Counted from the first letter of the stretch, positions 49,371-62,210 are shown. The stretch: DNA of 64,000 bases from Bacteroidota bacterium (GCA_027621175.1 JAQCCM010000003.1:24845-88844), one strand, 5' to 3'. Notes: generated by a model from the letters alone, not told the origin. Numbers and translations are program-made.

Positions 49371-50367
49371 TTATATGTAAGCGATCTCCTACAATCCTTT
49401 TTTCTTCTTTTTTGCCTTTTGGTATTGTAGGGGCCTGAACACCACCATTTAATATTTTTTCGCTTAAAATAACACGGCATTCATCCCATAAATTTGTTTT
49501 CAAAAAATGATGTAGTGTCATGGCCCCGCCTTCAACGAGGATCGATTGAATGCTATGTTCATGTGCCATTTTTAGCATGGACATTAACGTGTTATCTCCA
49601 TCTATTTTTTCCCACGCTACATTATCCTCTTTTTTAGTCAGTACCTCATTAAAAATGATTGTTTTTGCTCTGGTATTTAATATGTTAGTATTTTCTTTAA
49701 TTTTTAATTGGGGGTCAAAAACCAACCTTATTGGATTTGTGCCGATCCATTTTCGTGTGGTAAGTTCAGGATTATCGGCTTCTACCGTCTTGCGACCTAC
49801 TAAAATGGCATGTTCCTCAGCGCGCCAGCGGTGCGCCAGCTGTTGACTGTGGATATCACTTATCCAAGTCACCTTTCCCTTTACATCATTCATTGGCGCT
49901 ATAAATCCATCTGCCGACTGTGCCCACTTCAATATAATATAAGGACGCTTTTGGGTATGGTAGCAATAAAAGCGTTTATTCAGCTCTATGCATGCGTCTT
50001 GCAAAACCCCAACAATAACTTCAATTCCAGCTTCTCGCATGGCTTTAATCCCCTTACCTGCAACTTTTGGATTGGGGTCTTGAGCGCCAACGATTACCTT
50101 TTTTATTCCTTTTGCAATGACCAAATCGCAACACGGTGGTGTCTTGCCATGATGCGCACATGGCTCTAAATTGACGTAAAGCGTCGCTTTTTTAAGATCC
50201 GATTGATGTAGTGTTGCTAGGGCGTGTACTTCGGCGTGTGCCGTTCCAGATTTCTGGTGCCATCCCTCGCTTATTATGTTGCCGTCTGACACGACAACAG
50301 CGCCAACCATTGGGTTGGGGTAGGTGTAGCCTAAACCTTTCTTAGCCAACGTTAGGCAGCGTTGCAT
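49360..50367 (-). CDS. ribD: Bifunctional riboflavin biosynthesis protein RibD (deaminase/reductase)
   Basis: Deaminase zinc motifs HAEV and EPCAHHGKTPPC, then a reductase domain. I chose the ATG at 50367 (MQRCLTLAKKG) because a -7 box lies inside the longer ORF. Confidence 0.9.
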   Translation of the reverse strand: MQRCLTLAKKGLGYTYPNPMVGAVVVSDGNIISEGWHQKSGTAHAEVHALATLHQSDLKKATLYVNLEPCAHHGKTPPCCDLVIAKGIKKVIVGAQDPNPKVAGKGIKAMREAGIEVIVGVLQDACIELNKRFYCYHTQKRPYIILKWAQSADGFIAPMNDVKGKVTWISDIHSQQLAHRWRAEEHAILVGRKTVEADNPELTTRKWIGTNPIRLVFDPQLKIKENTNILNTRAKTIIFNEVLTKKEDNVAWEKIDGDNTLMSMLKMAHEHSIQSILVEGGAMTLHHFLKTNLWDECRVILSEKILNGGVQAPTIPKGKKEEKRIVGDRLHIIKR

Positions 50368-50409
50368 GAATATATTGTGTTTGTTATGCAAGTGGAATAT
50401 GTATTTTAG

Positions 50410-50417
50410 CAAAAATA
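50410..50417 (-). promoter_or_regulatory. Candidate -7 promoter box (TATTTTTG on the minus strand) for ribD
   Basis: The plus strand reads CAAAAATA, 42 nt upstream of the start at 50367. Confidence 0.4.
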
Positions 50418-50490
50418 TCAAATATCTGCATGATAATGCAGAGCAATGCTTACCCTGTCTTGGTCAAGTTGAATAGATACCAATTTTAAT

Positions 50491-53336
<2,846 letters not shown>

Positions 53337-53426
53337 TTGTTGTATTTATAACATTGCGTTAATTTTTTATAATTTAATACACCTTAAAACTTTTAGGTCC
53401 TTTTAAAATACTATTTTTACAGACCT

Positions 53427-53939
53427 ATGAAATTATTTGCTAAACGTTCTGTTTCACAACAGCTTAATGCAATTAAAAATCGCACGGCTATTAGGCCGAA
53501 GACGATTCAACGTTTGGTATTTATCCACGATACAGACTTAAACATTACAGAGGCTCAATTTGACGATATGTGCCGTTTTTTTTCATCTGAATTAAGTGCT
53601 GTAGAACGTATTCAATACAACATAAATAAAAAGATGTTAGAGGGAGTTGCGACGCCACATTTGCATCCTCAAAGTTTAGATTGGCGCGGACGTCTTATAT
53701 CTGACGATTTGCGTTACTCCATAACACAACAATACGACTTGGTTGTTCATTTTGTGGACCAAATTACGTTACCACTGATTTCGTTTTCTGCGCAACTTCA
53801 TGCATCATTCCGTATTGGCCCATCTTCTTTAGACAACAGATTGAACGATTTGGTGCTTCCACCAACAAGAGATTTCGGCGAGTTTTTGTCTAATGTGAAA
53901 CTATATTTTAATAAAATTCATCCAAATGAGCGTACTTAA
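53427..53939 (+). CDS. Hypothetical protein (170 aa)
   Basis: Clean ORF with coding-like composition and no motif I recognise. Its 3' end overlaps the dapA start by 14 nt. Confidence 0.5.
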   Translation: MKLFAKRSVSQQLNAIKNRTAIRPKTIQRLVFIHDTDLNITEAQFDDMCRFFSSELSAVERIQYNINKKMLEGVATPHLHPQSLDWRGRLISDDLRYSITQQYDLVVHFVDQITLPLISFSAQLHASFRIGPSSLDNRLNDLVLPPTRDFGEFLSNVKLYFNKIHPNERT

Positions 53940-54810
53940 AGGTGCATCAACGGGGGTTGCAGTAATCACACCATTCACCGATTCGGGTGATGTTGATTTT
54001 GATGCGTTAACGCGTATCATTCATTTTTTAATTGATCAAGGGGTCGATTTTTTAGTGGCTTTGGGAACTACAGGCGAATCTGTAACACTTACCACTGGCG
54101 AAAAAAATGCGGTGTTTTCTACATTCGTAAAACAAGTCAACGGACGCGTTCCCTTGTTGATGGGGCTAGGAGGTAACAATACAGCTGCTCTTGTGCAAGA
54201 ATTCAAACATGTGGATGTTACAGGATTTGACGCCATTTTATCTGTTACTCCTTACTACAACCGCCCATCACAAGAAGGCCTTTACCAGCATTATATGGCA
54301 CTAGATGCGGTTACGCCTTTGCCTTTGATTTTGTATAACGTTCCTGGCAGAACAGGTGTTAATATGACTGCAGAAACCACACTCAGGATTGCTAAAGATG
54401 CGCAGCACATAGTCGGCGTAAAAGATGCGAGTGGTGATTTAAAACAAGGGGAGGAAATTATTGGCAATGCACCGAAAAACTTTTTAGTATTCTCTGGCGA
54501 TGACGAAACGGCTATTCCACTTACCTTATTGGGTGGCGCAGGTGTGATTTCGGTTGCAGCAGGTGGATTTCCAAAAACCTTTATAGCTGGTATTCGGGCT
54601 GCAATTGCAAAAAATACAGAAAAGGCAAATCAAATTACAGGTCAACTTTTACCTGTTATTGATTTGTTATTTAAAGAGGGTAATCCAACTGGGATTAAAG
54701 CGGTTTCATCGCTCAAAAATTTATCTAATGATGTTGTTCGACTTCCACTAGTTAAGGCATCGAAAGACTTGACGGCTGCATTACGTCCTTTTGTGGAGCA
54801 ATTAGATTAA
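53926..54810 (+). CDS. dapA: 4-hydroxy-tetrahydrodipicolinate synthase
   Basis: GTTGES, YNVPGRTG and the Schiff-base lysine region VGVKDASGD. Confidence 0.92.
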   Translation: MSVLKGASTGVAVITPFTDSGDVDFDALTRIIHFLIDQGVDFLVALGTTGESVTLTTGEKNAVFSTFVKQVNGRVPLLMGLGGNNTAALVQEFKHVDVTGFDAILSVTPYYNRPSQEGLYQHYMALDAVTPLPLILYNVPGRTGVNMTAETTLRIAKDAQHIVGVKDASGDLKQGEEIIGNAPKNFLVFSGDDETAIPLTLLGGAGVISVAAGGFPKTFIAGIRAAIAKNTEKANQITGQLLPVIDLLFKEGNPTGIKAVSSLKNLSNDVVRLPLVKASKDLTAALRPFVEQLD

Positions 54811-55429
54811 ACACCACGCCCACACGCATCCCTAAAGTATTGTGACCTGAGTTTGGAAACGCAAGATTTGCATTAGATTCATGTCGTATCACTAAAAGGT
54901 TGCTGAGCCAGGTGTTTTTAGTCAATTTAAACTTTACTCCCATTCCAAAATTGTCTGAAAATGCAAACCCGCTAGCAAGGCGTTCTGTCTGCTGTGATGT
55001 CCACATGGGGCCAATAGCTGCATAGCCAAAGAGCTGTGTTTTTGGGTTCAGGAAGTGTGTGATTTCAACACCCGCGTGCAATACAACTTGGTGAATGGAT
55101 TTGTGTTGTAACATTTCTTGATGAAACGAATCTGGAAAATAATCAAAATACGTTGTTGAGGTAAACCACTTATTAATAAGCTTATGTTGGGCATGGTAAT
55201 AGCCTCCTTCTGCCATAAAATGGATGTCCACCTTTTTGTACGCATATTTTTTCAACGACAATTGACCTAAAATATGTCCTTGAGTAAATTCATAGTCAGG
55301 AAGGTTAAAAGGGGCTATTTGCTGTGTGCTATACCCAAAATGAAGCCCCCATGGCTTCAACTTCTCCTCATTTTGAGCTGATATTTTTGTTAAAATCAAG
55401 CATAAAAAAAAGATAAAATAGATACGCAT
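54752..55429 (-). CDS. Acyloxyacyl hydrolase / PagL-like lipid A deacylase-family outer-membrane beta-barrel
   Basis: Signal peptide, alternating beta-strand pattern and a HESNA motif near the C-terminus, as in PagL-like proteins. The last 59 nt overlap the dapA 3' end. Confidence 0.6.
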   Translation of the reverse strand: MRIYFIFFLCLILTKISAQNEEKLKPWGLHFGYSTQQIAPFNLPDYEFTQGHILGQLSLKKYAYKKVDIHFMAEGGYYHAQHKLINKWFTSTTYFDYFPDSFHQEMLQHKSIHQVVLHAGVEITHFLNPKTQLFGYAAIGPMWTSQQTERLASGFAFSDNFGMGVKFKLTKNTWLSNLLVIRHESNANLAFPNSGHNTLGMRVGVVFNLIAPQKDVMQPSSLSMP

Positions 55430-55459
55430 AGAAGTTGCAGGTATGTTATTGGTTTTCGT

Positions 55460-55467
55460 TAAGTTTG
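55460..55467 (+). promoter_or_regulatory. Candidate -7 promoter box (TAAGTTTG) for bamD
   Basis: Perfect TAnnTTTG, 5 nt upstream of the ATG at 55473. Confidence 0.4.
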
Positions 55468-55472
55468 TGGGT

Positions 55473-56273
55473 ATGAAAGTACCAAATTATTTACTTATCG
55501 CAATATTGGTTTTGATTGTTGGATGTAGCGATTTTCAAAAGGCTTTAAAAAGCGACGAAGTCAAATTAAAAAATGACTTAGCCCTTGAACTATACGAGCA
55601 AGGGAAATATCGAAAAGCGGCACAACTTTTTGTGCAACTTAAAGAAGTTTATAGAGGTAAACCACAAGCGGAGCGCATCGTGTTTTTTTATGCCAATTCA
55701 TTGCTAAATACACGCAACTATATATTGGCTGCCTACGAGTTTGAAACTTTTGTTAAAGCATATCCAAAAAGCCAAAAGACAGACGAGGCGTATTTTATGA
55801 TGGCGTATGCACATTATAAAACCTCACCAAAGTTTAGCCTAGACCAAACTGATACGTACGAAGCTCTTGATAAAATACAAGAGTTTATAAACCGATATCC
55901 TGCAAGTGAACGCATGGTAGAAGCCAATGCAATGGCAAAAGAACTAAGAGAAAAAACAGAGAAAAAAGGTTTTGAAACCGCAAAGCAGTACAACACAATT
56001 CGCGATTATAAAGCTTCATTAAAGGCACTCGATAATTTTATTGCGGATAATCCAGGCACTTCATATCGCGAAGGAGCGCTTTTTGTGCAGTTTTCTGCCG
56101 CGACTACATTGGCTATCAACAGTGTTCCATATAAAAAGCAAAATCGGCTTGATGATGCCAAATCTAAATTTGAAAACTTTAAACGCTTATATCCCAATTC
56201 CGATCATATGCCAGACGCATTGAAAATGATGAAAGATATTGAGAAAGAAATCCTTACTTTTGCATCCAATTAA
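55473..56273 (+). CDS. bamD: Outer membrane protein assembly factor BamD
   Basis: Lipoprotein signal LVLIVGCS and TPR-like repeats. Followed by rpoZ-coaBC, a gene order I recall from Flavobacteriia. Confidence 0.8.
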   Translation: MKVPNYLLIAILVLIVGCSDFQKALKSDEVKLKNDLALELYEQGKYRKAAQLFVQLKEVYRGKPQAERIVFFYANSLLNTRNYILAAYEFETFVKAYPKSQKTDEAYFMMAYAHYKTSPKFSLDQTDTYEALDKIQEFINRYPASERMVEANAMAKELREKTEKKGFETAKQYNTIRDYKASLKALDNFIADNPGTSYREGALFVQFSAATTLAINSVPYKKQNRLDDAKSKFENFKRLYPNSDHMPDALKMMKDIEKEILTFASN

Positions 56274-56282
56274 TTTCAACTC

Positions 56283-56612
56283 ATGGATTTAAAACGCACA
56301 CAGGCTTCAGAAACCACAAAAACATACGATCGTAACGCATTAGATGATAGCACAGGTAACATCTATGAAACCATATCTATTTTATCTAAACGCGCTGTGC
56401 AAATCAATGAAGACATTAAGACTGAATTGTTTGAAAAGCTTGAAGAGTTTGCAACTCCGACAGAAAGTTTAGAGGAGATTTTCGAAAATAAAGAACAAAT
56501 CGAAGTTTCAAAATTCTACGAAAAACTTCCCAAGCCACACGCTATTGCTATTGAACAATGGCTACAGGATAAAATTTATTACCGTCACACCGATTCCGAC
56601 ACAGAAGCATAG
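56283..56612 (+). CDS. rpoZ: DNA-directed RNA polymerase subunit omega (long Bacteroidota form)
   Basis: 109 aa with ...TGNIYETISILSKRAVQINEDIK... Position between bamD and coaBC. Confidence 0.75.
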   Translation: MDLKRTQASETTKTYDRNALDDSTGNIYETISILSKRAVQINEDIKTELFEKLEEFATPTESLEEIFENKEQIEVSKFYEKLPKPHAIAIEQWLQDKIYYRHTDSDTEA

Positions 56613-56614
56613 CC

Positions 56615-57829
56615 ATGTCGGTTTTGCACGACAAGCACATCCTACTAGGGATTTCGGGGAGTATAGCCGCGTATAAAACGCCACTTATTGTCCGATTACT
56701 TGTCAAAGCGGGTGCTGCTGTTCAGGTTGTAATGACTGAAAGCGCAAAGACTTTTGTAACGCCATTAACCCTCTCAACAGTATCCAACAGAGAGGTGCTT
56801 AGTTCTTTTATAAACGAAGAAAATGAAAACGCGGTTTGGAATAACCACGTTGATTTAGGGCTTTGGGCCGATGCCATGCTTATAGCACCGGCTTCCGCTA
56901 ATACACTTTCTAAAATGTCACAAGCTAACGCTGATAATTTACTTATTGCTACGTATTTGTCGGCAAAATGCCCTGTTTTTTTTGCGCCAGCGATGGATTT
57001 GGATATGCATAAACATCCTGCAAATAAATCCAACATCGAAAAGCTTATTGATAACGGAAATATCTTGATACCGGCAACCTCAGGCGCACTTGCAAGTGGC
57101 TTAGAAGGTGAGGGAAGAATGGAGGAGCCTGAACAAATAATTGCTGCGCTGGAAACTTACTTTTTGGAAAAATCCCCATTTTTCGAAAAAAAAATAGTGA
57201 TAACTGCTGGTCCTACATACGAACCCATAGATCCAGTACGTTTTATAGGTAATCATTCTTCTGGGAAAATGGGTTATGCTTTAGCAAATTGTGCCGCTCA
57301 ATTAGGTGCCAATGTAACACTTATTAGTGGTCCAACGGCTGGAAATAAAACACATCCTAATGTTGATGTTTTAGGGGTTACTACTGCAGAAGAAATGCTC
57401 AAGGCATGTATTGATATGTATGATGGAGCGGATGCTGTAATCATGTCTGCAGCTGTTGCTGATTTTAAACCATCTACTAAAGCGAATCAAAAGTTAAAAA
57501 AACGAGATGGCCTAGATGTGATTTCTCTTACTCCCACAACAGATATTCTTGCACACTTAGGCAAAAAGAAAAAACATCAAGTTTTGATTGGATTTGCGTT
57601 GGAGTCTGAAAATGCCATGGCTCACGCTCAAGATAAGATGATTCGTAAAAATCTAGATGCCATTGTTGTAAATTCACTTACCGATACGGGTGCAGGTTTT
57701 GGACATGATACCAATAAAATTACATTTTTACAGCGCGATAAAGCCCCAGTGAATTACTCATTAAAATCGAAAGAGGAGGTTGCCAAAGATGTGCTGTTTC
57801 ACCTAAAAAATATATTTGATGCGCAATAA
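56615..57829 (+). CDS. coaBC: Bifunctional phosphopantothenoylcysteine decarboxylase / phosphopantothenate--cysteine ligase
   Basis: Flavoprotein N-terminal domain GISGSIAAYK and C-terminal CoaB domain ITAGPTYEPIDPVRFIGNHSSGKMG. Confidence 0.92.
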   Translation: MSVLHDKHILLGISGSIAAYKTPLIVRLLVKAGAAVQVVMTESAKTFVTPLTLSTVSNREVLSSFINEENENAVWNNHVDLGLWADAMLIAPASANTLSKMSQANADNLLIATYLSAKCPVFFAPAMDLDMHKHPANKSNIEKLIDNGNILIPATSGALASGLEGEGRMEEPEQIIAALETYFLEKSPFFEKKIVITAGPTYEPIDPVRFIGNHSSGKMGYALANCAAQLGANVTLISGPTAGNKTHPNVDVLGVTTAEEMLKACIDMYDGADAVIMSAAVADFKPSTKANQKLKKRDGLDVISLTPTTDILAHLGKKKKHQVLIGFALESENAMAHAQDKMIRKNLDAIVVNSLTDTGAGFGHDTNKITFLQRDKAPVNYSLKSKEEVAKDVLFHLKNIFDAQ

Positions 57830-58706
57830 TATCATTCTTCTTGTTTTAGGTTTTCATGCGATGGTTTTGTCTCAATCTGTTCAGGTGGATTTGACTGTGA
57901 ACACAGAACTAGTTAATCAAACGAATATTACCCCGATTCAAACGTTGGAAAAATCGCTGCGGGACTTTTTAAATAACACGAAATGGACGTCTGAAACGAC
58001 AAATAAAAATGCAACGGTTTCTGTTTCTATGTTGCTTACCATTTCTAGTGTAAACGACAATTCGTATGGCGGAACTTTGCAGGTGCAATCTGGAAGATTG
58101 GTTTATGGTAGTAGCTACACCTCACCCTTGGTTACTTTTTTAGATGACAACTTTGGTTTCACTTACCAAGAATTCCAGCCGTTCTACTTTGATGTTAATC
58201 GGTATAATAACAATATTATTTCCGTGTTTTCATACTACATTTACCTGGCTCTTGGAATGGAGTTAGATAGTTTTTCGCCCCTTGGCGGAACAACTTATTT
58301 TGAGCGAGCTCGCACCATCGCCAATGCAGCTCAGGCAAGCAATGCGCAAGGGTGGGCGGTTACTCAAAATCGGAATGGTCGTTATGAACTTATAGATCAA
58401 ATTATTTCACCTGCTTTCAACGATTTTAGAAACGTAATTTATGCCTATCACAGGGAAGGTTTAGACCTAATGGTTTCAGCTCCTGGTGAGGCTAAAGAAC
58501 GCATTAAAGAGGAGCTATTAAGTTTGCAAAACCTTATGCGTCGTCAGCCTAATGAATACTTATTGCGTGCTTTTTTTGATGCTAAAGGGGAAGAAATAGG
58601 GCAATTGTTTAGTGATGGACCTGAAGTGGAAACCGAGTCTTTATTGCGTTTTTTAAATCGATTTGCTTCTAGCAACGCATCTTATTGGGCGATGATTGCT
58701 CGTTGA
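57816..58706 (+). CDS. DUF4835-type secreted protein
   Basis: Signal peptide IILLVLGFHAMVLSQ. About 296 aa, located between coaBC and recN, where I recall DUF4835 family proteins in Flavobacteriia. I believe some databases label this family T9SS-associated PorD, but I cannot verify that here. Confidence 0.55.
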   Translation: MMRNNIILLVLGFHAMVLSQSVQVDLTVNTELVNQTNITPIQTLEKSLRDFLNNTKWTSETTNKNATVSVSMLLTISSVNDNSYGGTLQVQSGRLVYGSSYTSPLVTFLDDNFGFTYQEFQPFYFDVNRYNNNIISVFSYYIYLALGMELDSFSPLGGTTYFERARTIANAAQASNAQGWAVTQNRNGRYELIDQIISPAFNDFRNVIYAYHREGLDLMVSAPGEAKERIKEELLSLQNLMRRQPNEYLLRAFFDAKGEEIGQLFSDGPEVETESLLRFLNRFASSNASYWAMIAR

Positions 58707-58738
58707 TAACTTCGTGTTTTCAAATGATTTAAACATAC

Positions 58739-58746
58739 TATATTTG
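58739..58746 (+). promoter_or_regulatory. Candidate -7 promoter box (TATATTTG) for recN
   Basis: Perfect TAnnTTTG, 21 nt upstream of the GTG at 58768. Confidence 0.45.
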
Positions 58747-58767
58747 GGTTAACGAGATTTTATAACT

Positions 58768-60423
58768 GTGCTCACTTCATTAGTCATTAAAAACTTTTCT
58801 TTGATAGAAGATCTTGAGGTCTCTTTTGCCTCTGGGTTATGTATTTTAACCGGTGAGACAGGTTCGGGAAAGTCTATTCTTTTGGAGGCGTTGTCGCTTA
58901 TTTTGGGACAACGTGCTGATTTGACCACCATTCGTAAAAACACAACGAAATGTGTTGTAGAAGCTACTTTTGATATTTCTGATCACAATCTAAGCGAGTT
59001 GTTTAAAATCTTAGATTTGGACGAAGAGCCACATACCATTATACGTCGTGAATTAAGCACAAATGGCAAGTCCAGAGCTTTTATAAATGATACCCCCGTA
59101 ACTTTGGAGACGCTTAGATCACTTGGAACGTCTTTGGTAGATATTCATACGCAAAGGCAAACCATTCAACTTACAGATCCTGCGTTTTATCTTAAACTTA
59201 TTGATGCTTTTACAAACGACAATGTTTTGTTAGGTGCTTATAAAGCGCAATACACAATATGGAAAAAATGTACGAAAGCGCTTTCTGATCTTCAAGAACG
59301 TCAGCAGCAATCTGCCGAAACCTTAGATTATCATAAATATTTATTACAAGAACTTGATCAGGTTTCCATAAGCGTCGGGTGTATTGAAGCACTCGAAGAA
59401 GAAGTTGCTGTACTTAAAAATGCGAATGATTTGCGTGCTACACTTTCCGAGGCTGTACGCATGGGCACAAGTGAACACATTGGGGCTCAAGATCAACTAA
59501 ATTCACTTTCGCAACTTGTATCAAAAATCGCCCCTTTTGGAGCTGCATACGCCTCGCTACATGAGCGGTTATTGAGTGTTGGTATTGAATTTTCCGATAT
59601 TTTACAGGAAGCCGAACTCTTGGGTGAAGCAATTTCTGACGACCCAGAGCGATACCAAGAAGTGGAAGCGCATCTAAGTGCATTGCATCATTTGTGTCAA
59701 AAACATAAGGTGCAAAACGCTGAAGGATTGATTGAAAAACGAGAAGAATTACGTCAATTGTGTGATGATGTAGAACAGTTAGACGAACAAATTGCAGCTT
59801 GTAAACTAACGGTTGAAAAGGCTACCACAGAACTTCACGATATAGCTCAAAAACTTCGCAAGCAGCGTGAAAAAGCATGCAGCCCACTAGCCAATGAATT
59901 GGTTTCGCGCTGCCGAGATTTAGGAATGCAACACGTGCGTTTTTCCATTAAGCTTAAAGCGTTATCATTGCCCCAATCTAACGGCACCGAGGAGGCAGAA
60001 TTGTTGTTTTCTGCGAACAAAGGAATCGATTTTGCATCTATTGGAAAGGTTGCCTCAGGAGGTGAGTTGTCGCGTATTATGTTGGTGATTAAATCTATTA
60101 TGGCTGAAAAAACACAACTTCCTACATTGATTTTAGATGAAATTGACACTGGGGTTTCTGGCGAAATGGCGAATGCTATGGGAAAACGGATGCATGAAAT
60201 GAGTCGCCATATGCAAGTGATTTCGATTACGCACTTACCTCAAATTGCAGCCCTGGCAGACGCACACTACAAAGTATATAAAGAGGTAGTTGGAGAAACC
60301 ACACAAACTTTTTTAACCCCCTTGGATGAAAATGCTAGAATTGCAGAACTGGCAGAAATGCTGGGAGGTAAAAACATTAAAGAATCAGCCTTGCGTCATG
60401 CGCAAGAGTTGCGAAACGTTTAA
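58768..60423 (+). CDS. recN: DNA repair protein RecN
   Basis: SMC-like ATPase with Walker A GETGSGKS, a long coiled-coil, signature ASGGELSRIMLV and Walker B ILDEIDTG. GTG start. Confidence 0.92.
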   Translation: MLTSLVIKNFSLIEDLEVSFASGLCILTGETGSGKSILLEALSLILGQRADLTTIRKNTTKCVVEATFDISDHNLSELFKILDLDEEPHTIIRRELSTNGKSRAFINDTPVTLETLRSLGTSLVDIHTQRQTIQLTDPAFYLKLIDAFTNDNVLLGAYKAQYTIWKKCTKALSDLQERQQQSAETLDYHKYLLQELDQVSISVGCIEALEEEVAVLKNANDLRATLSEAVRMGTSEHIGAQDQLNSLSQLVSKIAPFGAAYASLHERLLSVGIEFSDILQEAELLGEAISDDPERYQEVEAHLSALHHLCQKHKVQNAEGLIEKREELRQLCDDVEQLDEQIAACKLTVEKATTELHDIAQKLRKQREKACSPLANELVSRCRDLGMQHVRFSIKLKALSLPQSNGTEEAELLFSANKGIDFASIGKVASGGELSRIMLVIKSIMAEKTQLPTLILDEIDTGVSGEMANAMGKRMHEMSRHMQVISITHLPQIAALADAHYKVYKEVVGETTQTFLTPLDENARIAELAEMLGGKNIKESALRHAQELRNV

Positions 60424-60438
60424 TTATAATTTATAAAG

Positions 60439-61263
60439 ATGAGTTACGGATTACTAAAAGGAAAAAGAGGAATTATTTTTGGTGCATTGGACGAAAATTC
60501 AATTGCCTGGAAAACCGCAGAGCGTGTTCATGAAGAGGGTGGTTCATTTGTGCTTACAAATGCACCTATTGCCATGCGTATGGGAACCATAAACCAACTT
60601 GCTGAAAAAACAGGTGCTGCTATCATTCCAGCAGATGCCACTTCGTTGGAAGATTTAGAAAAATTAGTTTCCGAATCGGTTGAGGTGTTGGGTGGTAAAC
60701 TCGATTTTGTGTTACATTCTATTGGGATGTCCGTAAATGTAAGAAAAGGGCGTTCCTATACGGATCAGAAATACGATTGGACCGCAAAGGGCTGGGATGT
60801 GTCTGCAGGTTCTTTTCATAAGGTGATGCAAGTGCTTTATAAGCAAGATGTCATGAATGAATGGGGAAGTATCGTTGCGTTGTCTTATATGGCGGCACAA
60901 CGAGTTTTTCCAGACTATAATGACATGGCTGACAACAAAGCTTTCTTGGAATCTATCGCGCGCAGTTTTGGGTATTTCTTTGGTAGAGATAAAAAAGTTC
61001 GCGTAAATACCATTTCACAATCGCCTACGCCTACCACGGCAGGTAAGGGTATTAAAGGCTTTGATGGCTTTATTTCTTATGCCGAAAAAATGTCACCACT
61101 AGGAAACGCGTCAGCACTTGATTGCGCCAATTATACACTTTCGTTATTTTCAGATTTAACACGGAAAGTTACCTTACAGAATTTGTTCCACGACGGTGGG
61201 TTTTCCAATATGGGAGTCAGCGATGCAGTCATGCAAGCGTTTGAGGAACAACAAAATACATAG
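60439..61263 (+). CDS. fabI: Enoyl-ACP reductase (NADH) FabI
   Basis: LKGKRGIIFGALDENSIAW, HSIGMS and the Tyr/Lys region SYMAAQRVFPDYNDMADNKAFLES. Confidence 0.88.
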   Translation: MSYGLLKGKRGIIFGALDENSIAWKTAERVHEEGGSFVLTNAPIAMRMGTINQLAEKTGAAIIPADATSLEDLEKLVSESVEVLGGKLDFVLHSIGMSVNVRKGRSYTDQKYDWTAKGWDVSAGSFHKVMQVLYKQDVMNEWGSIVALSYMAAQRVFPDYNDMADNKAFLESIARSFGYFFGRDKKVRVNTISQSPTPTTAGKGIKGFDGFISYAEKMSPLGNASALDCANYTLSLFSDLTRKVTLQNLFHDGGFSNMGVSDAVMQAFEEQQNT

Positions 61264-61265
61264 GT

Positions 61266-62210
61266 ATGCCCCAACGGCAGCGAACATCAAAGAGAAAATT
61301 TTTAGGCTCAAAACAAGGAGTATTGTTTTTGGTGTTTGCTGCTGTTATTTGGACATTAAGTGCGCTTTCAGAAAACTATACAACCACGGTTCCTGTCCAA
61401 TTTAAATTGCAGGCAGATTCAAATAATTTTGTGGTGTCAGCACCGCGGATAGAAGTGCCCGCCCGTGTTACCAGCTCAGGTTTTTCGGTTTTGTATCGTA
61501 GAATATTTCCCCGTAAGGTTCTGTTATTCGTTAGTGAATTGCCTATAAAAGATATTCAAAAACCTACTATTGAAACAGATTTTTTATTGAATAAATACAA
61601 TGAGGTTTATGGCAGCTCAAGTCAAATCAGCCGCTTTGTTCCCAACGCTATTTTAGTGCCGATAACGCAAGCTATACAGAAAACATTTACACCAACACTT
61701 TCGGCTTTACCCCAATTTGAAGAAGGATATCAGCTTATTTCGCCATTGTCATTTAGCGTAGATACGATAACTGCTTTTGGCAGCAAAGCGATTTTGGAAA
61801 AATTAGACAAAGCGATATTTGAATTAACTTCAGAAAAACCCATAAGAGAAGATTTTTCTATGGTGGCTACTTTGGTAGATTCAATTGCTCAATCAGCCAA
61901 TTGGGATACTACAAGTGTGGTGGTGAGCGGAAATGTGGATAGATACTCTGATGTTTCTATGTTATTACCCGTACATCTTATAGATGCGCCAGAAGACATG
62001 AATGTTACCCTTTCTCCAAAGTCGGTTGAAATTAAATTCGCCGCACCTTTGAGTTCGCTACGCTCTATTGATGAATCAGCAATAAGGTCAAACGCCTTTT
62101 TTGAGAAAACACCCTCGGGGCAACTTTCTGTTCGTATTACTGGTTTGCCCACTGGTGCTAAAAAACAATCCATCGAACCACCAACAGTATCCTATTTTAT
62201 TATAGAATGA
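61266..62210 (+). CDS. Membrane-anchored hypothetical protein, possibly YbbR-like
   Basis: N-terminal basic stretch plus a transmembrane segment (GVLFLVFAAVIWTL), then a repetitive beta-rich region. Overlaps the coaE start (ATGA). Confidence 0.45.
   Translation: MPQRQRTSKRKFLGSKQGVLFLVFAAVIWTLSALSENYTTTVPVQFKLQADSNNFVVSAPRIEVPARVTSSGFSVLYRRIFPRKVLLFVSELPIKDIQKPTIETDFLLNKYNEVYGSSSQISRFVPNAILVPITQAIQKTFTPTLSALPQFEEGYQLISPLSFSVDTITAFGSKAILEKLDKAIFELTSEKPIREDFSMVATLVDSIAQSANWDTTSVVVSGNVDRYSDVSMLLPVHLIDAPEDMNVTLSPKSVEIKFAAPLSSLRSIDESAIRSNAFFEKTPSGQLSVRITGLPTGAKKQSIEPPTVSYFIIE

Noticed and set aside
50368-50490. Possible FMN riboswitch upstream of ribD
   Set aside because: The spacer is about 120 nt, AT-rich and lacks the conserved FMN-element core segments. 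It shows only a -7 box and a small 6-bp palindrome (CTGCAT-gata-ATGCAG, 50425..50440).
53381-53404. Imperfect hairpin ACCTTAAAAC/TTTTAGGT followed by CCTTTT after ligA
   Set aside because: The stem needs a bulge and has almost no loop. This is marginal evidence, so I did not list it as a terminator.
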